Source: Candidatus Omnitrophota bacterium (GTDB lineage Bacteria > Hinthialibacterota > Hinthialibacteria > Hinthialibacterales > Hinthialibacteraceae). Taken from it: a DNA stretch of 64,000 nucleotides. A program made the position numbers and the translations under genes. The notes under the pieces were generated by a model. The model saw only the letters and a list, made by a program, of their open reading frames with translations. It was not told where the DNA came from and did no database searches. Location: positions 5,488 through 69,487 of the forward strand of contig JAFGTC010000316.1 of assembly GCA_016934335.1 (NCBI GenBank), read 5' to 3'. Shown here one piece after another: positions 8,696 to 18,209 of the stretch; the first letter of the stretch is position 1, and each line of letters begins with the position of its first letter.

Positions 8696-10102
8696 TTAGA
8701 ATAAGTTCCAATCGTTCACATGCGCGGGGCTATGATCCGATGTGATCTTCAATCGCACCGCTTTCGTATACTGCTCGCTGGTGGCGAAGACGCTGATGAA
8801 CGAATCGCTGTGCGGATCGTAGAGAGTGTGATGGTTGTTGGCGTTATTGTCGATCGTGCCTATTTCATCCGGCGTCATGGAATAAATCACTTGATCTTCC
8901 GCCAAAGAGAGTTCATTCGCCGGTAGAACATCGCCGTCCGGCCCCAAAAGCGTAAAGAGCATGCCGCCCATTTGGAGCGCATTTTCAGCATTGTTGACGT
9001 TATACGCCACGACGATCACGCCGCTGGAGGGATCGGCGGCCAATTGCGGATGCCGGTGATTGACAGGATTGCTTCCCGACGCTTCTAAATAGGGAATCTG
9101 CTCGCGGGATTCAGTCAATTGATAGGCCGGTTCATCGCCGACCGTGAAATAGAAGACATCCCCTCCGTCCGACCCGTTGTTGTAATCAAAGACTCCCACC
9201 AATTCATTGGTCCAAGGATTTTCGATGGCGGCGGGATGCCCTTGAGCCATGCCGTCTTTGCGATCGGCGCCGAGAATCTGCTGCTCGCCGATTTGCATAT
9301 TGCCGTCCGCATCAGGAACGGGGAGGACAACCGAGCCAGTGATGCGATCAAAATAAGGGCCTCCGTCATCATTATCGGTATTCACTAAAAACAGGAAAAC
9401 ATCGTTATTGGGCAGAAACACGACATCGGGATCGTCTTCATCGCCCACAGCCTGCAAAACGTCGAGTCGACCTTGATTGGGAGTTAACAGATTGCCCTCT
9501 GAATCGAAGAGTGCGCCGATGACGCCCTCTCCTTCTCCGGGAAAAGAGAACTCGGAAACCATCAGGATGTTGCCATTGTTGGAACTGGCGCTGACGGCGA
9601 CGTCGTCGAAAGAATTGGCGCTCTCTGGATCGTAAGCCCATGCCTTAACTAAAGGATTGCTCTCGTCCGATTGAACGATGGCCAGCAGATTGATTTGCAC
9701 ATTATTGGGCCGATAGTTGTTCGCGGAAGCGGCGACGATATATTCTTTTGTAAAAGAATTGTAGTCCACGTCCAGCGTATCAAAGTCGCCGTCCGGATTT
9801 CCGACGACGATGAACGGTTCGCCAATCGGCTCCAGCGTGAGGGTGTTATAGAAGAATCCCAACACCGCCGTCGCCGCCATTTCACCGGTAATAGGATCCG
9901 TGAATTCAAGAGAATTCATTGTGTCGACCGTTACGAAAAGCGCTTCCGGCTCGTCCGAACTGATCGCCATGCTGGCTCGAGCGGTCAGCAGATCCTGCGC
10001 CAAGATAACAGGATCTTCCAATTCAAACGTGGGCGCTGATTGAGGCATAGATGCGGGTGCAATGCATAAACCAATAATGAAAAAATACAATATCTTTCTC
10101 AT
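8696..10102 (-). CDS. Secreted Asp/Gly/Asn-rich hypothetical protein (beta-propeller-like). Paralogue of 42909..44303.
   Basis: Signal peptide MRKILYFFIIGLCIAPASMP. Shares DPITGEMAATAVLG (versus DPATGQPMGIALVVG) and a C-terminal ...DWNLF (versus ...EWSLF) with the ORF at 42909..44303. Confidence 0.6.
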   Translation of the reverse strand: MRKILYFFIIGLCIAPASMPQSAPTFELEDPVILAQDLLTARASMAISSDEPEALFVTVDTMNSLEFTDPITGEMAATAVLGFFYNTLTLEPIGEPFIVVGNPDGDFDTLDVDYNSFTKEYIVAASANNYRPNNVQINLLAIVQSDESNPLVKAWAYDPESANSFDDVAVSASSNNGNILMVSEFSFPGEGEGVIGALFDSEGNLLTPNQGRLDVLQAVGDEDDPDVVFLPNNDVFLFLVNTDNDDGGPYFDRITGSVVLPVPDADGNMQIGEQQILGADRKDGMAQGHPAAIENPWTNELVGVFDYNNGSDGGDVFYFTVGDEPAYQLTESREQIPYLEASGSNPVNHRHPQLAADPSSGVIVVAYNVNNAENALQMGGMLFTLLGPDGDVLPANELSLAEDQVIYSMTPDEIGTIDNNANNHHTLYDPHSDSFISVFATSEQYTKAVRLKITSDHSPAHVNDWNLF

Positions 10103-10341
10103 TTTTGTCTCCTATAAAAAACTTCTTTTACGCAATATGTCTTTCTTCTAAAATCTCGTCAAAAAAGCATTGCACAAGCAATCATCCATCCTCCTTTCTC
10201 TCCTAGCTAGTTTTCCATGGAAGGACGCCTCCTGAATATTCTACCTTCCATGTCGACAATTTTATCGATAGTATAATATCATAAAACTGGAGGCAAGGGT
10301 GCATCTAAAAAAAACAATGGTGCTTTTTGCAGGGGAAAAAA

Positions 10342-12255
10342 TCAAAACGAATAGCGCGCGCGTTTGATGTAAATCCACCATTCCAGCAGCAAAACCAGCA
10401 ACGCCGCGGCGGTTAATGTGCGCCAGATTTCCCGGTTGGCCTCCACGGCGTCTTCATCGCCTTCGATTTCGGTGTTTGGAAACGTCAGACTGGTTTTGGG
10501 TAAAATCGCGGATTCTTCCGGGGAAAGCAGATTGACGGCATACCGTTTGCGCCGCTGATCGCCAACCCGATACTCGTAAATGCCTCGATGCGTGGTTTGA
10601 TTAAAATAGACGGGATTGACGCCTGAGAAAGCAATTTCCTGAGCGCCCGCCGGTTCGGGCGGTATCAATTGTGCGGTAAGAGTTAAATCTTCGGGAGGAT
10701 CAATGACGAGAACGTCGCCGGTGCGTTTCATGAATTGAGCGAATCCCTCGCTCGATTGAAACCAATTGATTAGATTGGTGAAAAAGATCGGGAAAGAAAC
10801 CTGGCGCGGCCAGGTCGATTTGTAGACGTCAAAATTCGTAACAACGCCTCGAATTTCCTCTTGCTGAAAGGTGACGATCAAAGGGGTTTCCCGGCTTTCG
10901 AGAATCACATCGACCCAGGACGGCGTCCCGATATTGTTGCATTGGCTGATGACTAGATTCTCGTAATTCAAGTAGCGATTGAGAGGATGCGACTGATTCC
11001 AATCGACGATCACCGGAAATTGGAGCGCTTCGCCGTAACTCCAATCCGACAGAGGAGGGACGGCGTTGATAAATACGTAATTTCCCCCAATCAAGGCGGG
11101 CGGGGAGAACGAATCGAACACAACGATGTCATATTCTTCGGGGCGGGCGTATTGAAGCGGCGTTGAGGTAAACAGCCGCACCCGCGGATGCAGATTCAAA
11201 ACACGCTGCAAATAATAGTTGCCATTGCTGACCAGCAAGACATCGATGGCTTTTTCCTGGGGAACGATAGCCCAGGCGTGATTGTCCGCCTCCAAAACGT
11301 CGCCGCTGTCCAAAACCACCTCGATCTTTTCGGGGAAATTACCCGGATCCTTAAATAAAATTGTTTCGGAGGCGCCGGCCGCCATCGTGATCCTGCGGGC
11401 GTCCAGTAAAGCTCGCGCCGGTTCGACGTCCGTGTTTTCCGTGGGGGAACTTACGAGCGCCGGAGCGGCTTCCCCCTCCCCCCATAATTCCACATACGCT
11501 TCCTGCTCCTGCAAGCCGGTATTTTTTATTCCCACCAAAATCTCATAACGCTCCTCCATGGTGAAGTCTTTTCGCACGACCAAATCGATGATGCCCACAT
11601 TTTCGGCGGATTCGCCGACGGGGACAAAACGAAACTCGCCCCCGCCTAAAGAGATGTCGGAAGGAATGACGAATTGACCGTCGGACAGAACGATTATTTC
11701 GGGATTGACCGCCACATCCGACGCCGATCGGGCGATGCGCAGCGCATCTTGAATGTGAGTGCCGGCGTCGGTGGGCGAAATATCGCGAATCGACCGCTTC
11801 AAAACAGCTTTGCTCTGTTCGAAAGACGTTAGAACGCGGGCGTTGGCCGAAAAAGAGAGAACCATCATGCGATCTCCCATGCTCATGTCGTCCACCAATT
11901 CAATGGCTTTTCGCTTCGCCGCCTCCAGGCGGCTCGGCTTCACATCCACGGCCGACATGCTGGCCGAAGCGTCGATCATCACGATGAAGCTTTGCCCTTG
12001 AAGCCCGCCCAGACGAAGCACCGGCCGCACGATGGCGAAGGTCATCAAAGCGATAATCAACAGCTGCAGAAACAATAAAAGATTGCGCTTGAGTTTTTGA
12101 AAGGGCGTATTGGCCTTCAGATCCTCCAGGCTTTTGCGCCAGAGCAGCGTGCTGGAAATCGGCTGGTCGATGCGCTTCAGTTTCAATAAATACAGAATGA
12201 TCACGGCGGGAAGAAACAAAGCGAAAAAGAATCCGAACGGCGCCAGAAAATTCAT
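10342..12255 (-). CDS. BatA-like membrane-anchored von Willebrand factor A (VWA) domain protein
   Basis: N-terminus has two TM helices (FFFALFLPAVIILYLL ... LLLFLQLLIIALMTFAIV). VWA MIDAS-like segment FIVMIDASASMS...SRLEAAKRKAIELVDDMSMGDRMMVLSF. A DUF58 gene sits directly upstream. Confidence 0.75.
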   Translation of the reverse strand: MNFLAPFGFFFALFLPAVIILYLLKLKRIDQPISSTLLWRKSLEDLKANTPFQKLKRNLLLFLQLLIIALMTFAIVRPVLRLGGLQGQSFIVMIDASASMSAVDVKPSRLEAAKRKAIELVDDMSMGDRMMVLSFSANARVLTSFEQSKAVLKRSIRDISPTDAGTHIQDALRIARSASDVAVNPEIIVLSDGQFVIPSDISLGGGEFRFVPVGESAENVGIIDLVVRKDFTMEERYEILVGIKNTGLQEQEAYVELWGEGEAAPALVSSPTENTDVEPARALLDARRITMAAGASETILFKDPGNFPEKIEVVLDSGDVLEADNHAWAIVPQEKAIDVLLVSNGNYYLQRVLNLHPRVRLFTSTPLQYARPEEYDIVVFDSFSPPALIGGNYVFINAVPPLSDWSYGEALQFPVIVDWNQSHPLNRYLNYENLVISQCNNIGTPSWVDVILESRETPLIVTFQQEEIRGVVTNFDVYKSTWPRQVSFPIFFTNLINWFQSSEGFAQFMKRTGDVLVIDPPEDLTLTAQLIPPEPAGAQEIAFSGVNPVYFNQTTHRGIYEYRVGDQRRKRYAVNLLSPEESAILPKTSLTFPNTEIEGDEDAVEANREIWRTLTAAALLVLLLEWWIYIKRARYSF

Positions 12256-12296
12256 AATGTCCCATTCCTGCGTTCGATTTAACGCAATACATAAAT

Positions 12297-13253
12297 CTAT
12301 TCGATCAATCCCATGCGGCGGAGCGTACTCGTCAATAAACGTTCGATGGAGTCGTCCGTCGCAATAGGCAGATAATGGATTCCATAGCGATGGCTGATTC
12401 GCGTTATTTCGGCCTGAAAGGCGCGCAGCCTTCGTTCGTAAACATTCAGCAGTTCTTCGGTGACGGTGACTTCCACCGGCTCGCCCGTTTCGACGTCCAA
12501 CAGCCGGAGAGCGCCGTACATATCCGGATGCAGTTCCTGAGGCGACAGAATTTGCAGTACGTACAATTCATTGCGATTTTGCAGCAAGTGCTTAAACGCT
12601 TCTTCGAATCCCGCCGGATCCAACAGATCGGAGAGCAGCACAACGACTCCGCCCCGCGACTGCTGCAGAGCGAAGCGGCGGCACCCTTCCGCCAGCGAAG
12701 TTTCACCGTCAATGGGCAGCTGCTCCAAAAAATCGATAATGCTCCAAATGCGCGATTTCCCCCGCGCCGGCTGCAGCCAGCGATATCGTTCTTCGCTGAA
12801 TCCAACCAGGCAGACCCGATCGAGCCCGGCCAAGGAGATATACGCTAAAGCCGCCGCCGCCCTCTTGGCGAACCAGGATTTTCTGGGATCGCCGGTGTTC
12901 ATGGAGCCGCTGACGTCGATGACGATATAAAGGTATAAATCTTCTTCTTCGTGAAAAAGTTTGGTAAAGAGCCGATCCAGTCGGCCATAAATATTCCAAT
13001 CTAAAAACCGGAGATCGTCTCCTTTGGAGTAATCGCGATAATCGGCGAATTCAATGGAGACGCCCCGTTTTTTGGAGCGCCGCTCCCCTTTCATTCGACC
13101 TAAAAAAATCTTCTTGCATATCAGTTGCAGTTGTTCCAAATGGCGCAGAAACGCAGCGTCCAAGAGCGGTTCTTCTTCATTCTTATGGCGAGATAAGACG
13201 CGGCCCGGCTCCCTCATCGACGAGTAGACTCCTTCCCCGGTCTGGCCGATCAT
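12297..13253 (-). CDS. DUF58 domain protein (MoxR-associated VWA-like)
   Basis: Signature GERRSKKRGVSIEFADYRDYSKGDDLRFLDWNIYGRLDRLFTKLFHEEEDLYLYIVIDVSGSM is typical of DUF58. Confidence 0.8.
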   Translation of the reverse strand: MIGQTGEGVYSSMREPGRVLSRHKNEEEPLLDAAFLRHLEQLQLICKKIFLGRMKGERRSKKRGVSIEFADYRDYSKGDDLRFLDWNIYGRLDRLFTKLFHEEEDLYLYIVIDVSGSMNTGDPRKSWFAKRAAAALAYISLAGLDRVCLVGFSEERYRWLQPARGKSRIWSIIDFLEQLPIDGETSLAEGCRRFALQQSRGGVVVLLSDLLDPAGFEEAFKHLLQNRNELYVLQILSPQELHPDMYGALRLLDVETGEPVEVTVTEELLNVYERRLRAFQAEITRISHRYGIHYLPIATDDSIERLLTSTLRRMGLIE

Positions 13254-13299
13254 TTTTATGCTGGATCAACATCACTATTTCATCATGAAAACAAATTCT

Positions 13300-14127
13300 T
13301 TACAATTGAAACGAAGATTCCTGCTGCAATAAATATTCCCGGTACAACCAACTTAACGCGTCAGGATCGTCCGACGGGACGAATTGATAGCGAAAATAAT
13401 AGGGATTTCGCTCGATTTTTCCGGTGACATCCAGTTTCGTAGAAAGCGGCGTGGCATATCGATTGTTTTTTTCTCGGATGACGTCCAGCAAGGAAAGCGG
13501 ATGCTGGAGATAGCCGATGCACCCGCATGCTTGTCTTTCAGAGTCTCTTCGCGTCAAAATAAAGAAGGGCGCTCCGGCCGCTCGATGATTTTCCTCAGGG
13601 GGAGGTTGAAATAATGCGACAGACTGATCCGAACCGTCCGATTGCAGTTGTTTAACATCTCGGGGCAGCCAAATATTGTTCCCCTCTCCATCCGCCAGTC
13701 GAAATCCCAAAGGAAACTGGATTTTCTGCACTTGATCGCATCGCTTTCCCGACGCGTAACAATAGCAATTCAAGACGGGGAAAGTCGTAGACAAGAGGTA
13801 GCGAATCGTGATTTTGGTTTCCTGATCATCACAAAGCGAACCGGTCAGCGACACATCGTGAAAATCTTCCGTGTCCGTCGAGCGAGTCATGTAATAATTT
13901 TCCGTAAAGAGAACGCCCTGTTTGCTCCCAAATTTATATTCGATCTCTTGATCGGCCTCTTGCAGAGAGACGGCGCCGGAACTGTTCCCCGCTCGCATGC
14001 TCCAAACCGCTCCGCTTACTTTATCCGTCACTTGGAAGCGGCCGCCGGGCGCCAAGATCCGAACCTGAATGCCCTGGTTGTCAAGTTGGATGGCGCCTTC
14101 TTCGATATTCTGATTCATCATAATCAT
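13300..14127 (-). CDS. Hypothetical protein
   Basis: 275-aa ORF with normal coding composition. I recognise no motif. Confidence 0.45.
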   Translation of the reverse strand: MIMMNQNIEEGAIQLDNQGIQVRILAPGGRFQVTDKVSGAVWSMRAGNSSGAVSLQEADQEIEYKFGSKQGVLFTENYYMTRSTDTEDFHDVSLTGSLCDDQETKITIRYLLSTTFPVLNCYCYASGKRCDQVQKIQFPLGFRLADGEGNNIWLPRDVKQLQSDGSDQSVALFQPPPEENHRAAGAPFFILTRRDSERQACGCIGYLQHPLSLLDVIREKNNRYATPLSTKLDVTGKIERNPYYFRYQFVPSDDPDALSWLYREYLLQQESSFQL

Positions 14128-14314
14128 TCAACTTATCCACTTTTATTCAATTGTAGCCATGGCGCACGAAGAATGTCCATATTTATTGGATGGAGAAAAA
14201 ATGTGTTTTGGTCGGCCGTTCCTGCAAACGCGGGAGACGATGATGGAAGAGGGAGAAAAACAACGAGGCGCAGCATCACGCGCCTCGTCGTTGATTTCAT
14301 CAAAACAAGTGAAT

Positions 14315-15253
14315 TTATTTCTTGACTGATTTATAAAATTCCGCCGCGGCTTCCGCAATTCCATGGGCGTCGATTTTATACTCTGTATACAAGCCGTCCG
14401 GGCTTCCCGACTGGCCGAACACATCGAGAATTCCCCAGCGTTTCACGGGAACCGGATATTTTTCCGCTGCGATTTCCGCCACAGCGGATCCCAAACCGCC
14501 GATAATGCTGTGGTCTTCGACAGTGAACAGACAGCCGGTCTCTTTCGCGCAGCGCACCACCAATTCTTCATCCATCGGCTTGAGAGATGCGATGTTGACG
14601 ACTCGAGCGTCGACGCCCTGATTTGAGAGCAAGTCTTTCGCTTTTAATGCGTGGTGCGTCGTCCCGCCGGTGGCGAATATCGTCAAATCCGAGCCTTCCG
14701 CCAGTTGAACGCCTTTTCCACATTCAAACTTATAATCGTCTCCGTTAACATCCGGCAGTTTTTGCCGAGTCAAGCGAAGATAAACCGGGCCGCCATGGGC
14801 GGCGGCGAATTCCACGGCTTGCTTTGTTTCCCGTTCGTCGGCCGGTTGAATCACAATCATGCCGGGGATGGTTCGCATAAGAGCGATGTCTTCCAATCCC
14901 ATCTGGCTGTGTCCGTCTTCGCCGATGCCGATGCCCGCATGAGTGCCGACAATCTTGACATTGGAGTGCGTATATCCCACGGACATGCGGATGGTGTCGA
15001 AACGGCCGGTAATGAAGCAGGCAAAACTGCAGACGAAGGGAATTTTACCGGCCAGAGCCATGCCCGCGCCCGCTCCAATCATATTCGCTTCGGCGATGCC
15101 GAATTCAAAAAAACGATCGGGATATTTTTCCGCGAAGAGGCAGCTCATGGTAGACTTGCTGAGATCCGCGTCCATCACCACGACATTGGGATATTGGGCG
15201 CCGACATCCACTAGGGCTTCCCCAAAAGATTGACGGGTTGCTTTCGTTGCCAT
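14315..15253 (-). CDS. Transketolase, C-terminal (pyrimidine-binding) subunit of a split transketolase
   Basis: 312 aa. Motifs FGEALVDVGAQYPNVVVMDADL, EFGIAEANMIGAGAGMALAGKIPF and GTHAGIGIGEDGHSQ. Confidence 0.85.
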   Translation of the reverse strand: MATKATRQSFGEALVDVGAQYPNVVVMDADLSKSTMSCLFAEKYPDRFFEFGIAEANMIGAGAGMALAGKIPFVCSFACFITGRFDTIRMSVGYTHSNVKIVGTHAGIGIGEDGHSQMGLEDIALMRTIPGMIVIQPADERETKQAVEFAAAHGGPVYLRLTRQKLPDVNGDDYKFECGKGVQLAEGSDLTIFATGGTTHHALKAKDLLSNQGVDARVVNIASLKPMDEELVVRCAKETGCLFTVEDHSIIGGLGSAVAEIAAEKYPVPVKRWGILDVFGQSGSPDGLYTEYKIDAHGIAEAAAEFYKSVKK

Positions 15254-15301
15254 GTTGTCCTTCCGTATTTTATATTTTTTTATTTAAGTAATAATATTCG
15301 T

Positions 15302-16135
15302 TTACGATTGCGCCAATTCTACCAGCGCTTGTTCCCGCTGTTCGACGCTGGGCGCCTTGCCGTGCCAGCCGACTTGATTTTCCATAAAGGAAACGCCTTT
15401 GCCCTTCAGGGTTTTGGCCCAGATCAGCGTAGGCCGGTCTTGGGCGGCTTGGGCTTCATCGAGCGCCTTCAGAATCTGCTCCATATCGTGGCCGTTAATG
15501 GCGATGACATGCCAGTTGAACGAACGGAACTTGGCGTCGATGGGAGTCAGCGGCATGACGTCTTCGACGTATCCGTCAATTTGCCCATTGTTGTTATCGA
15601 GAATGACGGTCAAATTGTTGAGTTTGAACTTGGGAGCGGCCATAACCGCCTCCCAGATCTGCCCTTCCTGCGCTTCGCCGTCGCCGATCATGCAATACAC
15701 GCGCCACGATGCGTTGTCCATCTTGCCCGCCATGGCCATGCCAAGCGCGATCGACAAGCCTTGACCCAGCGAACCGGTCGACGCTTCCAGAGCGTCCAAT
15801 CGCATGCGATCGGGGTGGCCCTGAAGAGGCGATCCAAACTTGCGCAGGTTTATCAGTTCGTCTTCGCCGAAATATCCGGCGGCGGCCAGCGCGGAATACC
15901 ACGCGGGGATGCAATGCCCCTTCGACATAATGAAACGGTCTCGCTGCTCCCATTTGGGATTGGCGGGATCGTGCTTCATTACGCCGAACAAAAGAGCGGC
16001 GACAACGTCCGCCGCCGACAACGACCCGCCCGGATGCCCCGACCCGGCTTCAGTCAGCATCTTGATGCTGTTCATGCGAATCGATCTTGCGTACGACTTC
16101 AACGTACTGATGTCTCGAGTGAGTTCAAATGCCAT
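15302..16135 (-). CDS. Transketolase, N-terminal (TPP-binding) subunit of a split transketolase
   Basis: 277 aa. Motifs AGSGHPGGSLSAADVVAALLF...DRFIMSKGHCIPAWYSAL and GSLGQGLSIALGMA. Sits adjacent to the C-terminal subunit. Confidence 0.85.
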   Translation of the reverse strand: MAFELTRDISTLKSYARSIRMNSIKMLTEAGSGHPGGSLSAADVVAALLFGVMKHDPANPKWEQRDRFIMSKGHCIPAWYSALAAAGYFGEDELINLRKFGSPLQGHPDRMRLDALEASTGSLGQGLSIALGMAMAGKMDNASWRVYCMIGDGEAQEGQIWEAVMAAPKFKLNNLTVILDNNNGQIDGYVEDVMPLTPIDAKFRSFNWHVIAINGHDMEQILKALDEAQAAQDRPTLIWAKTLKGKGVSFMENQVGWHGKAPSVEQREQALVELAQS

Positions 16136-16295
16136 GGCTAAATCCTTTAGTCATTTCCTCCGCGATGGAGTCATAGTATTTGCATCCCTACTATCCGATA
16201 TTTAAGGGATGATATTGAATGAAAGCGAAAGCGGCAAGGTTTATGGAAATTTCGGAGGAATTTCAAATTCAATAACAGGAGGCCGTCCACCCTAT

Positions 16296-16910
16296 TTATA
16301 AAGAGTTATTGATTTCTCCCGCTCGATTCATGCGCGACATGCCGCCGGTAATGCCGATGTCGCCGTGGCTGATCAAGCCGTTGGACATCTGATAAACCAT
16401 GCCGGGATTTCCTTCGCCGACGGCATACCATTCCAACGCGGTTTGAGCTTTATCGGGGCCGAAACTATAGAGCAGATAGCCCTCCATGGATCGATGAGGC
16501 AGGCCGGCTCGTCCAACCCAAGTGCTTGACGGATCGTCCGGATAATATTTGAAATTAAAATATTTATAGCTCGTCTGCAGATCGAAACTGCTGCCGAAAC
16601 TAAACTTATCCGCTCCACCGAACGGATCTTGCATATTGACGTTGGAAATATATGACACTGGCGTAGTCAGAACAACGCTCCAACTGAGAAGATCGGGGCC
16701 CGGCCCCAGCGGGAAAGCATTGTTATCAAGACGATACATTTCCAGCGCCGAACTGACGGCCTTTAAATCGCCTTTGACGCGAGCGATTTTCGCTCGAACC
16801 TGGGCATTGAGAAAATTCGGCACGGCGATGGCGGCTAAAATGCCGATGATGGCGACGACAATCAGCAATTCGATTAAAGTAAAAGCGCGTTTTTGCATTT
16901 TCTCTGCCAT
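16296..16910 (-). CDS. Prepilin-type N-terminal cleavage/methylation domain protein (type II secretion pseudopilin-like, DUF1559-like)
   Basis: N-terminus MQKRAFTLIELLIVVAIIGILAAIAVPNFLNA is the class III signal and methylation motif. Note A rather than G at position -1. Confidence 0.75.
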   Translation of the reverse strand: MAEKMQKRAFTLIELLIVVAIIGILAAIAVPNFLNAQVRAKIARVKGDLKAVSSALEMYRLDNNAFPLGPGPDLLSWSVVLTTPVSYISNVNMQDPFGGADKFSFGSSFDLQTSYKYFNFKYYPDDPSSTWVGRAGLPHRSMEGYLLYSFGPDKAQTALEWYAVGEGNPGMVYQMSNGLISHGDIGITGGMSRMNRAGEINNSL

Positions 16911-16952
16911 CCGTTCTTCGAATAAGAGAATAAGCGCCGCTTTTCCTCGCTG

Positions 16953-18209
16953 CTATCCCCAAATTTTATCTCGACGCTTTTGATTGTATTCTAATTTTTC
17001 TTCCAGAGTCATTTTCGAAAAATCGGGTTCCTGTTCGTCGTACATGCGCGGCTGGGAAGACGGCGCGGGATTCGAATTCACTACTGGACGAGAAGGCGCC
17101 GGCGCAGCATTCGGCATCGATGGCGCCGCCGGCTGCGTGCGGGGCGGAGCGCCGGCCGGCACGGTGACGGCCGTGCTGCTGTAACTCATCGATTGATCGG
17201 TCATTTTCATGTCGTCTTCCAGACTGCGATGAGGCGGAATCTTCATCTCCTGCAAAACGCCGTGATAAGCCTTGACCGCTTCTTCAGGCGTGATTTCGCC
17301 GTCGACAATCATGCGCAGGAATTTAATGAAGGCCAGTTGATTTTCCGATTCGTTGATCTTGCGGCCGAACAGAGCCACATGACCGCCGTATTTTTGAGTG
17401 TCGGCGATGAGTTTGAATGCGTCGTAGGTCGTCCCCGCCGATCCGCCGAGGATTCCGACGATGATGCTGGGATCGTAATGAGCCAATTCTTCCATGTATT
17501 TCGGTCCATGATAGACCATTTTCAAGAACAGAGGGCGTCCCCGCTGTGTAACCGCCGCCAAACTGCGCACAATCGAGTCGTTGACAAAAGCGCCGATCTG
17601 TTCGGGAGGAACTGCGTTGGGGACGTTAGGATCGAATATTTCTAAGAAATAACGGAAATTTTTCTGTTCGGCTTCCAGGCGAAATTCCTTGAACCATCGC
17701 AGCGATTCGGCGTCTCTCTCGATATCGTTATTGAAGGTAATGGAATACAAGCCGAGGTTGGCGCCTAAGTTGCGCTCTTCCGGCGTACATTCGTATTTCC
17801 CGCACTGGATGTGATCGATGGTGGTGGTTCGAAACGGCCGGGACGCCATGGTGGCGTAAGAAGCTCCACGATAGGTGTAAATATCCGTCGTATCGTTGGC
17901 TCGACCGGCGGGAGTAATATGCGAATTATCGAACAACCGCTCTTGAATGGTCAACACTTCGTTGGTGCTGGGCGACATGAGCACAATATCGACCAGCCCC
18001 TGCTGCACCACCTTGCGCATCATTTCGCGATATTCTTGAATGCTGCGAAAATTCAGTTCGCCGTGATGATATTCAGGCGAGTAGCGCCCGCACGAGTATA
18101 TGCCCCGAGCGATGTCAGCATCTTTGGCGTCGGCGATGATAAACGCTTTGCTGCTGGGATTTGCTCGAATTTCAGCAATTTTCCGGTCGAGAGATTTTTC
18201 CACCATCAT
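16953..18209 (-). CDS. Hypothetical protein with a conserved-looking N-terminal ~300-aa domain (possibly aldolase/TIM-barrel-like) and a Pro/Ala/Ser-rich disordered C-terminal tail
   Basis: 418-aa ORF. Tail is VPAGAPPRTQPAAPSMPNAAPAPSRPVVNSNPAPSS. I have no firm family assignment. Confidence 0.5.
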   Translation of the reverse strand: MMVEKSLDRKIAEIRANPSSKAFIIADAKDADIARGIYSCGRYSPEYHHGELNFRSIQEYREMMRKVVQQGLVDIVLMSPSTNEVLTIQERLFDNSHITPAGRANDTTDIYTYRGASYATMASRPFRTTTIDHIQCGKYECTPEERNLGANLGLYSITFNNDIERDAESLRWFKEFRLEAEQKNFRYFLEIFDPNVPNAVPPEQIGAFVNDSIVRSLAAVTQRGRPLFLKMVYHGPKYMEELAHYDPSIIVGILGGSAGTTYDAFKLIADTQKYGGHVALFGRKINESENQLAFIKFLRMIVDGEITPEEAVKAYHGVLQEMKIPPHRSLEDDMKMTDQSMSYSSTAVTVPAGAPPRTQPAAPSMPNAAPAPSRPVVNSNPAPSSQPRMYDEQEPDFSKMTLEEKLEYNQKRRDKIWG

